Notes: generated by a model from the letters alone, not told the origin. DNA of 64,000 nt from an uncultured Planktotalea sp. (GCA_965367685.1 CBDUJY010000006.1:92773-156772); one strand, 5' to 3'. Positions 42,953-54,130 are shown, numbered from the stretch's first letter. Made by a program: numbers and translations.

Positions 42953-44923
42953 ATGATTACCGAGCTTGGACATTTTGCGCTGATCTTAGCGCTGGGCGTG
43001 GCACTGATCCAGATGATCGTGCCACTGATTGGGGCGCATAAAGGCTGGCGTGGCTGGATGGAGATGGCGGTTCCTGCCGCCTCTCTTCAATTTGCGCTGA
43101 TTGCCGCGGCATTCGCGGCGCTGACTTATGCGTTTGTAACTTCTGACTTCTCGTTGAAATTGGTGTATTTCAACTCTCACAGCGACAAGCCGATGCTTTA
43201 CAAAGTGTCGGGCGTTTGGGGCAACCACGAAGGCTCTATGCTGTTGTGGGTGCTGATTGTGGCGCTGTTTGGCGCGATGGCCGCGTGGTTTGGTGGCAAT
43301 CTGCCGCTGCGCCTTAAGGCCCGCGTGCTGGCGGTGCAAAGCGCCATTGGGGCGGCGTTCTTGGCCTTTGTGATCTTTACATCAAACCCGTTTTTGCGCC
43401 TTGCGCAGCCACCGTTTGATGGCCGGGATTTGAACCCGCTGTTGCAAGACGTGGGCCTCGCCTTCCACCCCCCCTTTCTTTACCTCGGCTATGTTGGCCT
43501 TTCGATGACCTTCAGTTTTGCCGTTGCGGCGCTGATCGAAGGGCGCATTGATGCCGCTTGGGGCCGTTGGGTGCGCCCCTGGACCTTGGCCGCCTGGGTC
43601 TTTTTGACCATCGGCATCGGCCTTGGATCTTGGTGGGCGTATTACGAGCTGGGCTGGGGCGGGTTCTGGTTCTGGGACCCGGTTGAAAACGCGTCCTTTA
43701 TGCCTTGGCTTTTTGCCGCCGCTTTGTTGCATTCGGCCATTGTGGTTGAGAAACGGGAATCGCTGAAAAGCTGGACAATCCTGCTTGCGATCCTTGCGTT
43801 TGGCTTCTCGCTCATCGGGACCTTCTTGGTGCGTTCAGGCGTGATCACCTCGGTGCATGCGTTTGCCTCTGATCCCGAACGCGGCGTGTTTATCTTGGCC
43901 ATTCTTGCGGTCTTCACCGGCGGGGCGCTGACGCTTTTTGCCGCGCGCGCAAGCGCGATGGAGGCACGTGGTGTCTTTGGCCTTGTCAGTCGCGAAAGTG
44001 CGCTGGTGGTCAACAATATCCTTTTGGCGGTTGGGTCCATTGTGGTCTTTATCGGCACCATCTGGCCGCTGATTGGCGAGATTTTTGAACGCAAAGTCTC
44101 GGTTGGTGCGCCGTTTTTTAACGCGGCGTTTATCCCCTTTATGGTGGTTTTGGCGCTGGTGTTGCCCGTCGGGGCAATGTTGCCGTGGAAACGGGCGAAA
44201 GTGAAACGGGCCGCCAAGCAATTGATCCCGGCGTTTGCCTTGGCGATTGCGGTGTTGGCTTTGGTTTGGGCGATGCAAACCGGGCGCTCTGCTTTGGGGC
44301 CGATTGGGATGTTCCTTGGCACATGGCTGGTGGCAGGTTCACTGACCGATCTTGCGGGCCGGACCGGGCGGGGCGCGATTTCGAACCGTTTGTCACGGCT
44401 GACCCGCCTGCCTCGTGCAGATTGGGGTAAGTTCACCGCGCATGTGGGGCTTGGGATCACCATTATGGGCATCGCCGGGCTTGAGGCTTGGCAGCACGAA
44501 GATATTCGTGTGACCCAGCTGAACGACCCGTTTGAAGTGGCCGGATATACGGTGACCTTGGAAAATGTGTACCGCGAACAGGGCCCCAACTATACCACCA
44601 CAATGGCGGATATGCGGGTGGAACGGGGCGGCGAAACGGTTGCGCTTCTGCATCCCGAAAAACGCGTCTATCCCGTGCAAGCCATGCCCACAACCGAGGC
44701 CGCGATTGCCAATGGGTTCTGGCGCGATATCTATGTTGTGATCGGCGATCCACAGGACAATGGCGGTTGGGCGGTTCGCACCTTTATCAAACCGTTTGCC
44801 AACTGGATCTGGGCTGGGTGCATTATCATGTCACTGGGTGGGTTGATCAGCTTGTCTGACCGGCGCTTCCGGGTGGCTGCTGGTGCGGCCAAAGCCCCAA
44901 AACAAGGGGTGCCTGCGGAATGA
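42953..44923 (+). CDS. ccmF: Cytochrome c heme lyase subunit CcmF
   Basis: Trimmed to MITELGHFALILALGVAL. WWD motif WGGFWFWDPVENASFMPW. About 656 aa. Confidence 0.93.
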   Translation: MITELGHFALILALGVALIQMIVPLIGAHKGWRGWMEMAVPAASLQFALIAAAFAALTYAFVTSDFSLKLVYFNSHSDKPMLYKVSGVWGNHEGSMLLWVLIVALFGAMAAWFGGNLPLRLKARVLAVQSAIGAAFLAFVIFTSNPFLRLAQPPFDGRDLNPLLQDVGLAFHPPFLYLGYVGLSMTFSFAVAALIEGRIDAAWGRWVRPWTLAAWVFLTIGIGLGSWWAYYELGWGGFWFWDPVENASFMPWLFAAALLHSAIVVEKRESLKSWTILLAILAFGFSLIGTFLVRSGVITSVHAFASDPERGVFILAILAVFTGGALTLFAARASAMEARGVFGLVSRESALVVNNILLAVGSIVVFIGTIWPLIGEIFERKVSVGAPFFNAAFIPFMVVLALVLPVGAMLPWKRAKVKRAAKQLIPAFALAIAVLALVWAMQTGRSALGPIGMFLGTWLVAGSLTDLAGRTGRGAISNRLSRLTRLPRADWGKFTAHVGLGITIMGIAGLEAWQHEDIRVTQLNDPFEVAGYTVTLENVYREQGPNYTTTMADMRVERGGETVALLHPEKRVYPVQAMPTTEAAIANGFWRDIYVVIGDPQDNGGWAVRTFIKPFANWIWAGCIIMSLGGLISLSDRRFRVAAGAAKAPKQGVPAE

Positions 44924-45393
44924 TTTTGCGCATCAAACCCCTGTTCACATCCCTGGCGTTGGCGGTCACATTGGCCGCCAGCCCCGCTTTGGCCGTGAAC
45001 CCCGACGAGGTGCTGGACAACCCGGTTTTGGAAGAGCGCGCCCGCGAGATTTCTGCCGACCTGCGCTGTGTGGTGTGTCGCGGCGAAAACATCGACGAAA
45101 GCAACGCCGAGATTGCGCGTGATTTGCGCCTGTTGGTGCGCGAACGCCTGGTCAAAGGCGACAGCAACGAAGATGTTGTCGACTTTGTTGTAGAGCGTTA
45201 CGGCGAATATGTGTTGATGAAGCCGACCCTTTTAGGGGCGAATATCGTGCTGTGGTTGGCAGGCCCAATCTTGTTCTTACTGGCGGCGATCACGGGCGGG
45301 CTTTACCTGCGACGGCGGTCACAATCGTCTGAACAGGGGCAAGGGCTGTCTGACACGGAACAGGCCCGCTTGGACGAGCTGATGAAAGACTAA
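44920..45393 (+). CDS. ccmH: Cytochrome c biogenesis protein CcmH (CycL)
   Basis: ATGA overlap with ccmF. LRCVVCRGENIDESNAEIARDLR (CXXC motif). Confidence 0.9.
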   Translation: MILRIKPLFTSLALAVTLAASPALAVNPDEVLDNPVLEERAREISADLRCVVCRGENIDESNAEIARDLRLLVRERLVKGDSNEDVVDFVVERYGEYVLMKPTLLGANIVLWLAGPILFLLAAITGGLYLRRRSQSSEQGQGLSDTEQARLDELMKD

Positions 45394-45396
45394 GTG

Positions 45397-45427
45397 AAAG
45401 GGCGGGTGTTCAGGCATCCGCCCTTTT
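45397..45427 (+). terminator. Rho-independent terminator after ccmH
   Basis: AAAGGGCGG-12 nt-CCGCCCTTTT, 4 nt after the stop. Confidence 0.8.
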
Positions 45428-45589
45428 GCCTGCGCAGAAAGGCCCTGCCGTGGCGAAACACTTGCGCGTCCGGCGTCCTCATGTCACCCGTTCTACAACG
45501 AAATGACACGCGCCGTTTTTTCACGGCACGCTCCCCTTTTTCCCGTCCAAGCGGTCGGTTATAAGGGCGGGAACTGTAGGGAGGCCCCC

Positions 45590-46366
45590 ATGAATTACGA
45601 CACAATCACATATGATCTTACCGATGGCTTGGCTGTTTTGACCTTAAACCGGCCAGACAAGATGAATGCGCTGAACACGCAGATGCGGGCAGAAATTGCC
45701 CACGCTGTGCGGGACGCTGGCACCACGGCGCGGGCTTTGGTTCTTGTCGGGTCTGGGCGGGCGTTTTGCTCGGGTCAGGATCTGGGGGACCGTGCCAACG
45801 CGAATGAAGTGGATCTGGAGCGCACGCTGAAGGACGAATATGAACCGCTGCTGCGTGCGATCTATGATGCGCCCATTCCGGTCATTGCCGCCGTAAACGG
45901 GGCCGCGGCCGGGGCTGGCGCCAATATCGCATTGGCCGCTGACGTGGTGATCGCCAAAGAAAGCGCGTATTTCATGCAGGCGTTTTCGCGCATTGGCCTG
46001 ATCCCTGACGCGGGCGGCACCTATTGGATGCCTCGCATGATGGGCTTTGCGAAAGCGATGGGCGCCGCCCTTTTTGCTGAAAAGCTACCGGCCAAAGAGG
46101 CTGCAAACCTTGGGTTGATTTGGGAGTGTGTCGCGGATGATGAATTTGATGCGGCCTGGAAAGCGCGTGCCGCGTATCTTGCCAAAGGCCCCACCAAAAG
46201 CTTTGCCAGCATCAAACAAGCGATGCGTGCATCCCTGACCAATGATTTGGATCAGCAGCTGGCGCTAGAGGCAAAATTGCAAGGTGAATGCGGTCAATCG
46301 CGTGATTTCAAAGAAGGTGTGATGTCGTTCCTTGAAAAGCGCGCGCCAGATTTTGAGGGGCGTTAA
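45590..46366 (+). CDS. Enoyl-CoA hydratase/isomerase family protein (PaaG-like)
   Basis: Trimmed to MNYDTITYDLTDGLAVLTLNRPDKMNAL with a GGGAGG RBS. RAFCSGQDL crotonase motif. Confidence 0.85.
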   Translation: MNYDTITYDLTDGLAVLTLNRPDKMNALNTQMRAEIAHAVRDAGTTARALVLVGSGRAFCSGQDLGDRANANEVDLERTLKDEYEPLLRAIYDAPIPVIAAVNGAAAGAGANIALAADVVIAKESAYFMQAFSRIGLIPDAGGTYWMPRMMGFAKAMGAALFAEKLPAKEAANLGLIWECVADDEFDAAWKARAAYLAKGPTKSFASIKQAMRASLTNDLDQQLALEAKLQGECGQSRDFKEGVMSFLEKRAPDFEGR

Positions 46367-46875
46367 GTACCTGGGCATTTAGGACGCGGCAGTGTCATAT
46401 AGATGCTGTCGCTCCAGACACCCTTGATGCAATGGGTGTTGGCTTCAAATCCGGTTTGTACAAATCCAAGGCGCGACAACAGCGCTTTGGAGCCGGCGTT
46501 CCTTGGATCTAACCCCGCTTGTAAATGGGGGTAATCCGTTGTGGCCCACACATGGTCAATCACCGCGCGGATTGCTTCGGTGGCAAGCCCCTGACGCCAG
46601 TGATCGGGGTGCAAAATATAGCCAAGGTCGCCTTCGCTGAACATGCCCCCCATGCCGATCGCCCGCCCTGCACGTTCAAAGATAAAATAGGTCGGGTTCG
46701 CTGCGAAATCCGCAACCATCTTATCCAACCTTTCTTGCGTCACGTCCCGGTGTTCATGCGGCGCCGTGGACCAATAGGCCATGGCGTCGGGATTGCTGAA
46801 GATCGCAAAAAGATCGTCAAGATCGGTGGGTGTGGGGCCGCGCAAGATCAAGCGTTTGGTGACAAGTGTGGTCAT
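46363..46875 (-). CDS. GNAT family N-acetyltransferase
   Basis: 170 aa, RimJ/RimL-like (LILRGPTPTDLDDLFAIFSNPDAM..WRQGLATEAIRAVIDHV). Its stop overlaps the convergent hydratase stop (shared TTAA). Confidence 0.8.
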   Translation of the reverse strand: MTTLVTKRLILRGPTPTDLDDLFAIFSNPDAMAYWSTAPHEHRDVTQERLDKMVADFAANPTYFIFERAGRAIGMGGMFSEGDLGYILHPDHWRQGLATEAIRAVIDHVWATTDYPHLQAGLDPRNAGSKALLSRLGFVQTGFEANTHCIKGVWSDSIYMTLPRPKCPGT

Positions 46876-46892
46876 GGCTTTAGGGGTAGCGC

Positions 46893-46927
46893 AAAAGAAA
46901 AGGGGCCGCCAGTGGCAGCCCCTTTTT
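46893..46927 (-). terminator. Rho-independent terminator of gltA (bidirectional-looking)
   Basis: AAAAGAAAA-GGGGCCGCC-agt-GGCAGCCCC-TTTTT. Confidence 0.8.
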
Positions 46928-46944
46928 GAATTTGTGCACCGAGT

Positions 46945-48240
46945 TTAGCGGTTTTCAACATCCGTGTAATCACGTGCTGTATCGCCAAGATACAGCTGAC
47001 GTGGACGGCCAATTTTCTGACCCGGATCGCCCAGCATTTCTTTCCACTGCGAAATCCAACCCACAGTGCGCGACAGCGCAAAGATCGGTGTGAACATCGA
47101 GGTTGGGAAGCCCATCGCTTCCAGAATGATGCCGGAATAGAAATCGACGTTTGGATACAGTTTTTTCTCAACGAAATAGGGATCTTCCAGCGCGATACGC
47201 TCAAGCTCCTTGGCCACTTTCAGGGTCTCATTGTCGTCAATCCCCAGAAGGCCAAGCACTTCATCAGCGCTTTCTTTCATCACTTTGGCGCGGGGGTCAA
47301 AGTTTTTGTAAACGCGGTGACCAAAGCCCATCAGACGGAAGGGGTCTTCTTTGTCTTTGGCGCGGGCCACATATTCCGGGATGTTGTCGACCGAACCGAT
47401 TTCGCGCAGCATTTCCAAGCACGCTTGGTTGGCGCCACCATGTGCGGGACCCCAAAGACAGGCGATGCCTGCGGCGATACAAGCAAACGGGTTGGCACCT
47501 GATGAGCCAGCCAAACGCACGGTTGAGGTTGAGGCGTTTTGTTCGTGATCGGCGTGCAATGTAAAAATCCGGTCCATCGCGCGGCTCAGAATCGGGTTCA
47601 CAACATATTCTTCGGCCGGCACCGCAAAACACATGCGCAGGAAGTTGGACGAGTAATCCAGATCGTTTTTTGGATACACAAACGGCTGGCCGATGGAATA
47701 CTTATACGCCATGGCTGAGATGGTCGGGATTTTGGCAATCATGCGGATCGCGGCCACTTCGCGCTGCCATTCATCATTCACGTCAGTACTGTCGTGATAG
47801 AACGCAGACATTGCGCCCATGACACCGGTGATGATCGCCATTGGGTGCGCGTCACGGCGGAAGCCCGAGAAGAACTTGGACATCTGTTCGTGGACCATCG
47901 TGTGGTTGGTCACGCGGTTTTCAAAATCTTCCAATTCTGTGGCCGACGGCAGCTCACCATACAGCAGCAAATAGCATACTTCGAGGTAATGCGATTTTTC
48001 CGCCAGCTGATCAATTGGATAGCCGCGATACAACAGCTCGCCTTTGTCGCCATCAATAAAGGTGATGGTCGAATCGCAGCTTGCCGTTGACGTGAACCCG
48101 GGGTCATAGGTGAACACATCTCCTTGGGCATAAAGCTTGCGGATGTCGATCACGTCCGGACCTGCCGTCGGGGAATACATCGGCAATTCCAGTTCCTTAT
48201 CCCCAAAGGTGAGTTTCGCGGTTCCGGTTTGTTCAGCCAT
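46945..48240 (-). CDS. gltA: Citrate synthase
   Basis: Trimmed to [27 protein letters not shown]. About 431 aa. [10 protein letters not shown] and GFGHRVYK motifs. Confidence 0.93.
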   Translation of the reverse strand: MAEQTGTAKLTFGDKELELPMYSPTAGPDVIDIRKLYAQGDVFTYDPGFTSTASCDSTITFIDGDKGELLYRGYPIDQLAEKSHYLEVCYLLLYGELPSATELEDFENRVTNHTMVHEQMSKFFSGFRRDAHPMAIITGVMGAMSAFYHDSTDVNDEWQREVAAIRMIAKIPTISAMAYKYSIGQPFVYPKNDLDYSSNFLRMCFAVPAEEYVVNPILSRAMDRIFTLHADHEQNASTSTVRLAGSSGANPFACIAAGIACLWGPAHGGANQACLEMLREIGSVDNIPEYVARAKDKEDPFRLMGFGHRVYKNFDPRAKVMKESADEVLGLLGIDDNETLKVAKELERIALEDPYFVEKKLYPNVDFYSGIILEAMGFPTSMFTPIFALSRTVGWISQWKEMLGDPGQKIGRPRQLYLGDTARDYTDVENR

Positions 48241-48286
48241 ATTTATTCCCTTCATGCATGGTCCGTCCCGGATGGGCGGACAGTGT

Positions 48287-49690
48287 TTACGTGCTTGCGT
48301 CCTTAAGGCGGGCGATGGTTTCGTCCGGGCCAAGAACCAGCATCATGTCAAAAACACTGGGGGTTACGGCGCGCCCAGCAAGGGCTGCGCGCAGCGGCGC
48401 GGCCAGCTTGCCGAATTTCAGCCCGTGGGCTTCGGCCAGGCCGTTTAAAATCGCCTCCAGCGTATTGCGATCCCAGCTAACATTTTGCAGCTGCGGCGTC
48501 AATTCTTTCAGTATACCACGGGATACCTCATCCAAGCTTTTTTGCGCTTTCTCGTCACATTTCAGCGGCCGGTCAGACAATATAAATCGTGCTTTTTCAG
48601 TGAGTTGCGGGAATGTTTTGGCGCTGGCCTTCAATACGTACATCGCATTGGATAAAAGGTCACGTTTCTGCGGGTGCAGCATATCTTCGCCCCTGACGTT
48701 ACGGAACGCCTCATATCCCGCCAAAACATCCGCATCTTCCATCGCGGCCATGTGCTGACCAGACAGATTATCAAGCTTTTTAAAGTCAAAACGCGCAGGG
48801 GATTTGCCGATTCCCTTCAAATCAAACCATTCAAGCGCTTGGGAGTCTGAGAAAAATTCATCATCGCCGTGGCTCCACCCCAAACGGGCCAAATAGTTGC
48901 GCATCGCCTGCGCGGGATATCCAAGCGCTTGGTATTCTTCGACCCCCAACGCACCGTGGCGTTTGGACAGTTTCTTGCCATCGGGGCCGTGGATCAGCGG
49001 AATATGCGCCCAGACCGGAACGTCCCAACCCATTGCCTGATAGACAAGCATTTGGCGTGCGGCATTGTTCAGGTGGTCATCCCCCCGGATCGCATGGGTC
49101 ACGCCCATATCATGATCATCCACAACAACAGCCAGCATATAGGTGGGCGTACCGTCAGAACGTAAACAAATCATGTCATCCAGTTGATCATTGCGAATGG
49201 TCACATCGCCTTGCACCGCATCTTTGATCACCGTGGCCCCTTCGCGCGGGGCCTTTAGGCGCACCACATAGGGGGCGTCTGGGTGGCTGCCCGCGTCCGC
49301 ATCACGCCAAGGCGAGTGATAGAGCGTTGATTTTCCTTCGGCTTTCGCCGTATCGCGGAAGGCTTGGATCTCATCTTGGGTGGCGAAACACTTATACGCG
49401 TGCCCCGTTGCCAGCATTTCATGGGCGACCTCTGCGTGGCGGTCTGCGCGATCAAACTGTGAGATTACCTCGCCATCATGATCCAGCCCCAGCCAATCCA
49501 TCCCCTTCAGGATGGCCGCGGTGGCCTCAGGCGTTGAACGTGCCCGGTCGGTGTCTTCGATACGCAGCAAAAATTTGCCACCGCGACCTCGCGCAAAAAG
49601 CCAGTTGAACAGCGCGGTGCGCGCCCCCCCGATGTGCAAATACCCGGTGGGCGAGGGGGCGAAGCGGGTGACAACCTGATCAGAGTTCAT
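48287..49690 (-). CDS. gltX: Glutamate--tRNA ligase
   Basis: 467 aa. [17 protein letters not shown] (HIGH) and KLSKR (KMSKS) motifs. Confidence 0.93.
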   Translation of the reverse strand: MNSDQVVTRFAPSPTGYLHIGGARTALFNWLFARGRGGKFLLRIEDTDRARSTPEATAAILKGMDWLGLDHDGEVISQFDRADRHAEVAHEMLATGHAYKCFATQDEIQAFRDTAKAEGKSTLYHSPWRDADAGSHPDAPYVVRLKAPREGATVIKDAVQGDVTIRNDQLDDMICLRSDGTPTYMLAVVVDDHDMGVTHAIRGDDHLNNAARQMLVYQAMGWDVPVWAHIPLIHGPDGKKLSKRHGALGVEEYQALGYPAQAMRNYLARLGWSHGDDEFFSDSQALEWFDLKGIGKSPARFDFKKLDNLSGQHMAAMEDADVLAGYEAFRNVRGEDMLHPQKRDLLSNAMYVLKASAKTFPQLTEKARFILSDRPLKCDEKAQKSLDEVSRGILKELTPQLQNVSWDRNTLEAILNGLAEAHGLKFGKLAAPLRAALAGRAVTPSVFDMMLVLGPDETIARLKDAST

Positions 49691-49738
49691 GAGATGTTAA
49701 CCTTTTGGAAACCATGTGAGACGTATGCCTGAAGGGCG

Positions 49739-49753
49739 TTAATGGCGTGTTAA
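49739..49753 (+). promoter_or_regulatory. Canonical CtrA box TTAA-N7-TTAA (TTAATGGCGTGTTAA) upstream of comEC
   Basis: Read directly from the sequence, in the 87-nt gltX/comEC divergent region, 25-39 nt upstream of the comEC GTG start. Confidence 0.5.
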
Positions 49754-49777
49754 AGCAAAACGGAGGCCAAGAACAAG

Positions 49778-51853
49778 GTGCTGGGCCAGATCCTTCTGAG
49801 GGTCGAAACCGAACGGGGTCGATTTTTGCATTGGGTTCCGATCTTTCTGGCAACAGGGATCGGGGGGTATTTCCTGTGGCCCAATGAACCGACCGAAACG
49901 CTTTACATAATGCTGGCCGGATTTATCCTGCTGATGCTGGTGGTCCGGTGGCGCCTGCCTTGGGGCTATGGCCCGGTGGCGGCGATGTTTGCCCTTGTGG
50001 CGCTTGGGGTCTGTCTGGCGGGCGCGCGGGCGCATTATGTGGCGGGGCCGGTGCTTGGATATCGGTATTACGGCGCTATTGAAGGGCGCATTGTCGCGAT
50101 GGACCGATCGCAATCAGATGCGGTGCGCCTGACATTGGATCAAGTGCGCCTGGCCGACATGGCCCCTGACCGTATTCCGCGCAAAGTCCGCGTGTCGCTA
50201 CATGGCGCATTCGGGGGGACGTTGGGCGATTCCACCCCGCAAGTGGGCGCACGGGTCGCCCTGACCGGGCATTTGTCTGGCCCCAATGGCCCGGTGGAAC
50301 CCGGCGGATTTGATTTTCAACGCATGGCCTGGTTTCGCGGCATCGGTGCGGTTGGCTATACGCGAACGCCGGTGATGCTTTTGGCACCGCCCAACCGGTC
50401 CGGCGCAAAGGTGCAAGTGACCCGCGCGCGCATGGCGATTGCTGATTGGGTGCGGGGGATTTTACCCGGCGAAGCAGGTGCTTTTGCCGCTGCGGTCACC
50501 ACCGGCGACAGATCCGCGATGGGGCAGGGCACATTGGCCGCGTTGCGCGGGGCCAACCTTGCGCATCTTCTGGCGATTTCCGGGTTGCACATGGGGCTTT
50601 TGACCGGGTTTGTTTATCAGGCGCTGCGGTATATTTTTGCGCTTTTCCCGTGGGTGGCGCTGCGGTATCCAACCAAGAAATTCGCGGCCGTGGCAGCCAT
50701 TGGTGCGGGTGCGATTTACCTTCTGCTGTCTGGCGGCAGCATCGCAACCGAGCGCGCCTTTATCATGGTGGCAACCATGCTTGTCGCGATCTTGTTTGAC
50801 CGTCATGCGCTGAGCTTAAGGGCAGTGGCGATGGCGGCGATCCTGGTGCTGATCTTACATCCAGAGGCGCTGACTGAACCGGGGTTTCAGATGTCCTTTG
50901 CCGCAACAACCGCGTTGGTCGCGGTGTTTGGCTGGCTCAGGCAACGCCAAGGCTGGCGCGCGCCAAAATGGGCGCAACCCATTCTGGCGGTTGTAATTTC
51001 CTCGGCGGTGGCGGCGGCGGCAACCGCGCCTTTTGGGGCCGCGCATTTTAATCAGGTCAGCCATTTTGGCTTGATCGCAAACCTTGTGTCCGTGCCGCTG
51101 ATGGGGGCGGTGGTAATGCCCGCCGCTGTTGTCGCCGCCATTTTGGCCCCTTTTGGCTTGGGATGGGTTGCGATCACGGTGATGGGGCCTCCGGTCGAAT
51201 GGATCATCTTTGTGGCCCATTGGGTGTCGTCATTGGACGGTGCCATTGGGCATGTTTCGCAACCGCCCGCGTTTGTCCTGCCGCTGGTTGCAATCGGCGG
51301 GCTGTTGGTCATTCTGCTCAGAAAATGGGAGCGGACATTGGGCTTGATCCCCCTGTGCGCCGCCACCTTGATGTGGACAGAGGCCGACCGCCCGCTTGTG
51401 TTGATCAGCCAAACCGGGGGGCTGGTGGGCGTGTTCACGCCAGACGGGCGCGCCTTGTCCAAACCCAAAGGCGATGGGTTCGCGGCAAAGGTCTGGTTGG
51501 AAAATGACGGCGCCCCGATGGAGCAGTTCGACGCCCATCAAATCGGGGTCTTTTCAGGCACAAAAGGCGTCTATCGCGCGGTGATTTCAACCCTTGAAGG
51601 GACCGACATCATAATTGCGCATCTGACCGGAAAAACCGGCGCGAAAGAGCTTGTGACCACCTGTGCCACGGCAGACTACGTGGTGCTCAACACATCCGTC
51701 ACTGAGGACGCACCAAAAGGGTGCCAAATCTTTGATCTGGGCCGTTTGCGCAGGACGGGGGCAGTGGCTTTTTGGCCGGGACCAGAGGGTGTGACCATAA
51801 ATACCGCGCGCCAAAACCAGGGGAATCGCCTTTGGACAGGGTGGTCATTCTGA
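49778..51853 (+). CDS. comEC: ComEC/Rec2 family DNA internalisation channel protein
   Basis: 691 aa, GTG start with a GGAGG RBS 11 nt upstream. Polytopic. Competence-domain motif NLAHLLAISGLHMGLL. Confidence 0.88.
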   Translation: MLGQILLRVETERGRFLHWVPIFLATGIGGYFLWPNEPTETLYIMLAGFILLMLVVRWRLPWGYGPVAAMFALVALGVCLAGARAHYVAGPVLGYRYYGAIEGRIVAMDRSQSDAVRLTLDQVRLADMAPDRIPRKVRVSLHGAFGGTLGDSTPQVGARVALTGHLSGPNGPVEPGGFDFQRMAWFRGIGAVGYTRTPVMLLAPPNRSGAKVQVTRARMAIADWVRGILPGEAGAFAAAVTTGDRSAMGQGTLAALRGANLAHLLAISGLHMGLLTGFVYQALRYIFALFPWVALRYPTKKFAAVAAIGAGAIYLLLSGGSIATERAFIMVATMLVAILFDRHALSLRAVAMAAILVLILHPEALTEPGFQMSFAATTALVAVFGWLRQRQGWRAPKWAQPILAVVISSAVAAAATAPFGAAHFNQVSHFGLIANLVSVPLMGAVVMPAAVVAAILAPFGLGWVAITVMGPPVEWIIFVAHWVSSLDGAIGHVSQPPAFVLPLVAIGGLLVILLRKWERTLGLIPLCAATLMWTEADRPLVLISQTGGLVGVFTPDGRALSKPKGDGFAAKVWLENDGAPMEQFDAHQIGVFSGTKGVYRAVISTLEGTDIIIAHLTGKTGAKELVTTCATADYVVLNTSVTEDAPKGCQIFDLGRLRRTGAVAFWPGPEGVTINTARQNQGNRLWTGWSF

Positions 51854-51923
51854 ACGCCCCGCAAGGCCCCCATTGATCGCCCCTTTCAAACACCCTAGCG
51901 TGTGTTGGAAATAGGAGCGTGCA

Positions 51924-52886
51924 ATGGTCGAAACCGCAGGTCGAATAACGCTTTGGGGCGTGGAAGTGTTTGTCGCCACGGCGGATGAGCGCTCCATTTC
52001 GGTGGCGGCCCGCCGGTTGGGGGCCAGCCCGTCGTCGGTCAGCCAACAGCTCAGCAATTTGGAAAGCTCGCTGGGGACCTCTTTGGTGGATCGCTCTGCC
52101 CGCCCGCTGTCGTTAACCCCCGCGGGCGAGCTGTTTTTAAAGCGGGCCCAAGCGATATTGAACGAGGCGGAACAGGCGCGTGCCGAACTTGCGCGCGGGG
52201 CGCTGGCGTCCCTTTCGCGGCTGCGATTGGGGGTGATTGAGGATTTCGATGCCGATGTCACTCCGCGCCTTTTGACCCAATTGGCGGATCAACTTGAAGG
52301 CACCTATTTTACCTTGGAAACCGGCGCGTCCCACCGGCTGTACGACCAATTAGATGCCCGCGCGCTGGACGTGATTGTCGCGGCGGACACCGGGGTCGGG
52401 GCCGATTGGATGGAGGTGTATCCGCTGTTGGAGGAACCCTTTGTGGCGGCGGTGCCAAAGGGCGTGGTGGATCCCGTCAACCCGATGGCAACGTTGGCCG
52501 AGCTGCCCTTGGTGCAATACACAGCGCGGCACCACATGGGCCGGGTGATTTCGGACCATCTGGCCCGACAGAACCTGCGACTGGACAAACGGTTTGAACT
52601 CGACAGCTATCACGCGATCATGTCGATGGTCGCAAAAGGTACCGGTTGGACGATCCTGACGCCGCTTGGTTATTTCCATGCACAGCGTTTTCGCGCGGAA
52701 ACCGAGCTTGTCCCCCTGCCGTTTGGCCCCCTGACGCGGCGCATTTCCTTGGCCACGCGCGGGGGTGTTTTTGGTGATCTTCCCAAAGACATCGCCCAGC
52801 AATTGCAGGGAATCTTGACCGATCTTGTAGTGGACCCGGCGGTCAATGCGACCCCTTGGCTGCAAAATCAATTGCGGATTTTGTAA
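51924..52886 (+). CDS. LysR family transcriptional regulator
   Basis: 320 aa. HTH region ERSISVAARRLGASPSSVSQQLSNLE. AGGAG RBS. Confidence 0.88.
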   Translation: MVETAGRITLWGVEVFVATADERSISVAARRLGASPSSVSQQLSNLESSLGTSLVDRSARPLSLTPAGELFLKRAQAILNEAEQARAELARGALASLSRLRLGVIEDFDADVTPRLLTQLADQLEGTYFTLETGASHRLYDQLDARALDVIVAADTGVGADWMEVYPLLEEPFVAAVPKGVVDPVNPMATLAELPLVQYTARHHMGRVISDHLARQNLRLDKRFELDSYHAIMSMVAKGTGWTILTPLGYFHAQRFRAETELVPLPFGPLTRRISLATRGGVFGDLPKDIAQQLQGILTDLVVDPAVNATPWLQNQLRIL

Positions 52887-52912
52887 CCGTACCCCTTGGT
52901 CTTTCCAAACGA

Positions 52913-54130
52913 TCAGGCGGCCGAGATTTTCGCCGCGTCTTTCACATCCAAGGCAGCCTCAACAAGCGCGCCCGAAATAAAATCAAGCTGTTCTTGCTTA
53001 AGCCGGACCGGAAGGCGTGTGTCACAAGCGCGCATCAACATGTCGCGCGTCATGGGAAGCGGGCCTTGGTCAGGGATGAACTGCCAATTCCAAAACGCGC
53101 GCGCATTGTCTTCACTTAGGCCAAACACCTGCACAGACACGCCCCGTTTCTTGGCCGCCACCTGAAACGCAAGGGTTTCATCGTCCGAAAACCCAACCAG
53201 ATTAAACTGGATCGAATCTGGTGCGCGGGTTTCTGGGGCAAGCGGCGGTGGAACATCAAGCCACGGGCTTTGGTTCAGCTTTGCAGCCACATAATCATGG
53301 TTGCGCAAACCATCTGTGACCCGCCGGGCCAGCTCGGGTATTTGCGGCCGGATCACGGCGGCGGACAGGTTGGACAGGCGGGTGTTATAAAGGGGCAGCT
53401 TGTTTTGCCAGCGGGCAAACGCATCAGCCAATTCGGACGAGTTTTCCCCGCGCGGCGTTTTATGTTTCTTCCAATTGTGCTCATACGCGCCGGACATGAT
53501 CACCGCGCGGGCCGCAATTTCAGGGTCATTGGTGATCATGATCCCGCCTTCGCCTGCGTTCAGCATTTTGTAGGATTGGAACGAGAAACAGCCAATTTTC
53601 CCAAGGGTTCCAATCTTTTCCCCGTGCCAGAGGGTGCCAAGCGAGTGGGCCGCGTCTTCGATCACAGGCACATTGCGCGCATCGCACAAGGCCATGATCG
53701 CATCCATGTCGGATGTATGCCCGCGCATGTGGCTGATGATGACCGCCCCCACGTCATCTGTCAGTTTGCGTTCAAAATCCGCCATATTGATGCGGTAATT
53801 CTCTGCGACATCAACCAAAACAGGCACGCATTCCGCATGCACAATTGATGACGGCACGGCGGCGAATGTGAAGGCCGGGATCAGAACTTTTGTGTCGCGT
53901 GGCAGGTCCAAAGCTTTGAGCGACAGGAACAACGCAGCAGAGCAACTGGCCACGGCCAAAGCATATTTTGCGCCCATTTCCGCGGCAAATTCAGCTTCAA
54001 GCAACGCAACTGGGGCATCTTCTGGCGCAGTGTACCGAAAAAGATCACCGGATTGCAGCAACCGGTCAATTTCGGCGCGTGCTGCCTCTGGAATGGGTTC
54101 GGCATCATAGACGTTTGGGGCAAGCGACAT
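52913..54130 (-). CDS. DegT/DnrJ/EryC1/StrS family PLP-dependent aminotransferase
   Basis: 405 aa. FSFQSYKMLNAGEGG (PLP-lysine region) and the overall family pattern. Confidence 0.8.
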   Translation of the reverse strand: MSLAPNVYDAEPIPEAARAEIDRLLQSGDLFRYTAPEDAPVALLEAEFAAEMGAKYALAVASCSAALFLSLKALDLPRDTKVLIPAFTFAAVPSSIVHAECVPVLVDVAENYRINMADFERKLTDDVGAVIISHMRGHTSDMDAIMALCDARNVPVIEDAAHSLGTLWHGEKIGTLGKIGCFSFQSYKMLNAGEGGIMITNDPEIAARAVIMSGAYEHNWKKHKTPRGENSSELADAFARWQNKLPLYNTRLSNLSAAVIRPQIPELARRVTDGLRNHDYVAAKLNQSPWLDVPPPLAPETRAPDSIQFNLVGFSDDETLAFQVAAKKRGVSVQVFGLSEDNARAFWNWQFIPDQGPLPMTRDMLMRACDTRLPVRLKQEQLDFISGALVEAALDVKDAAKISAA

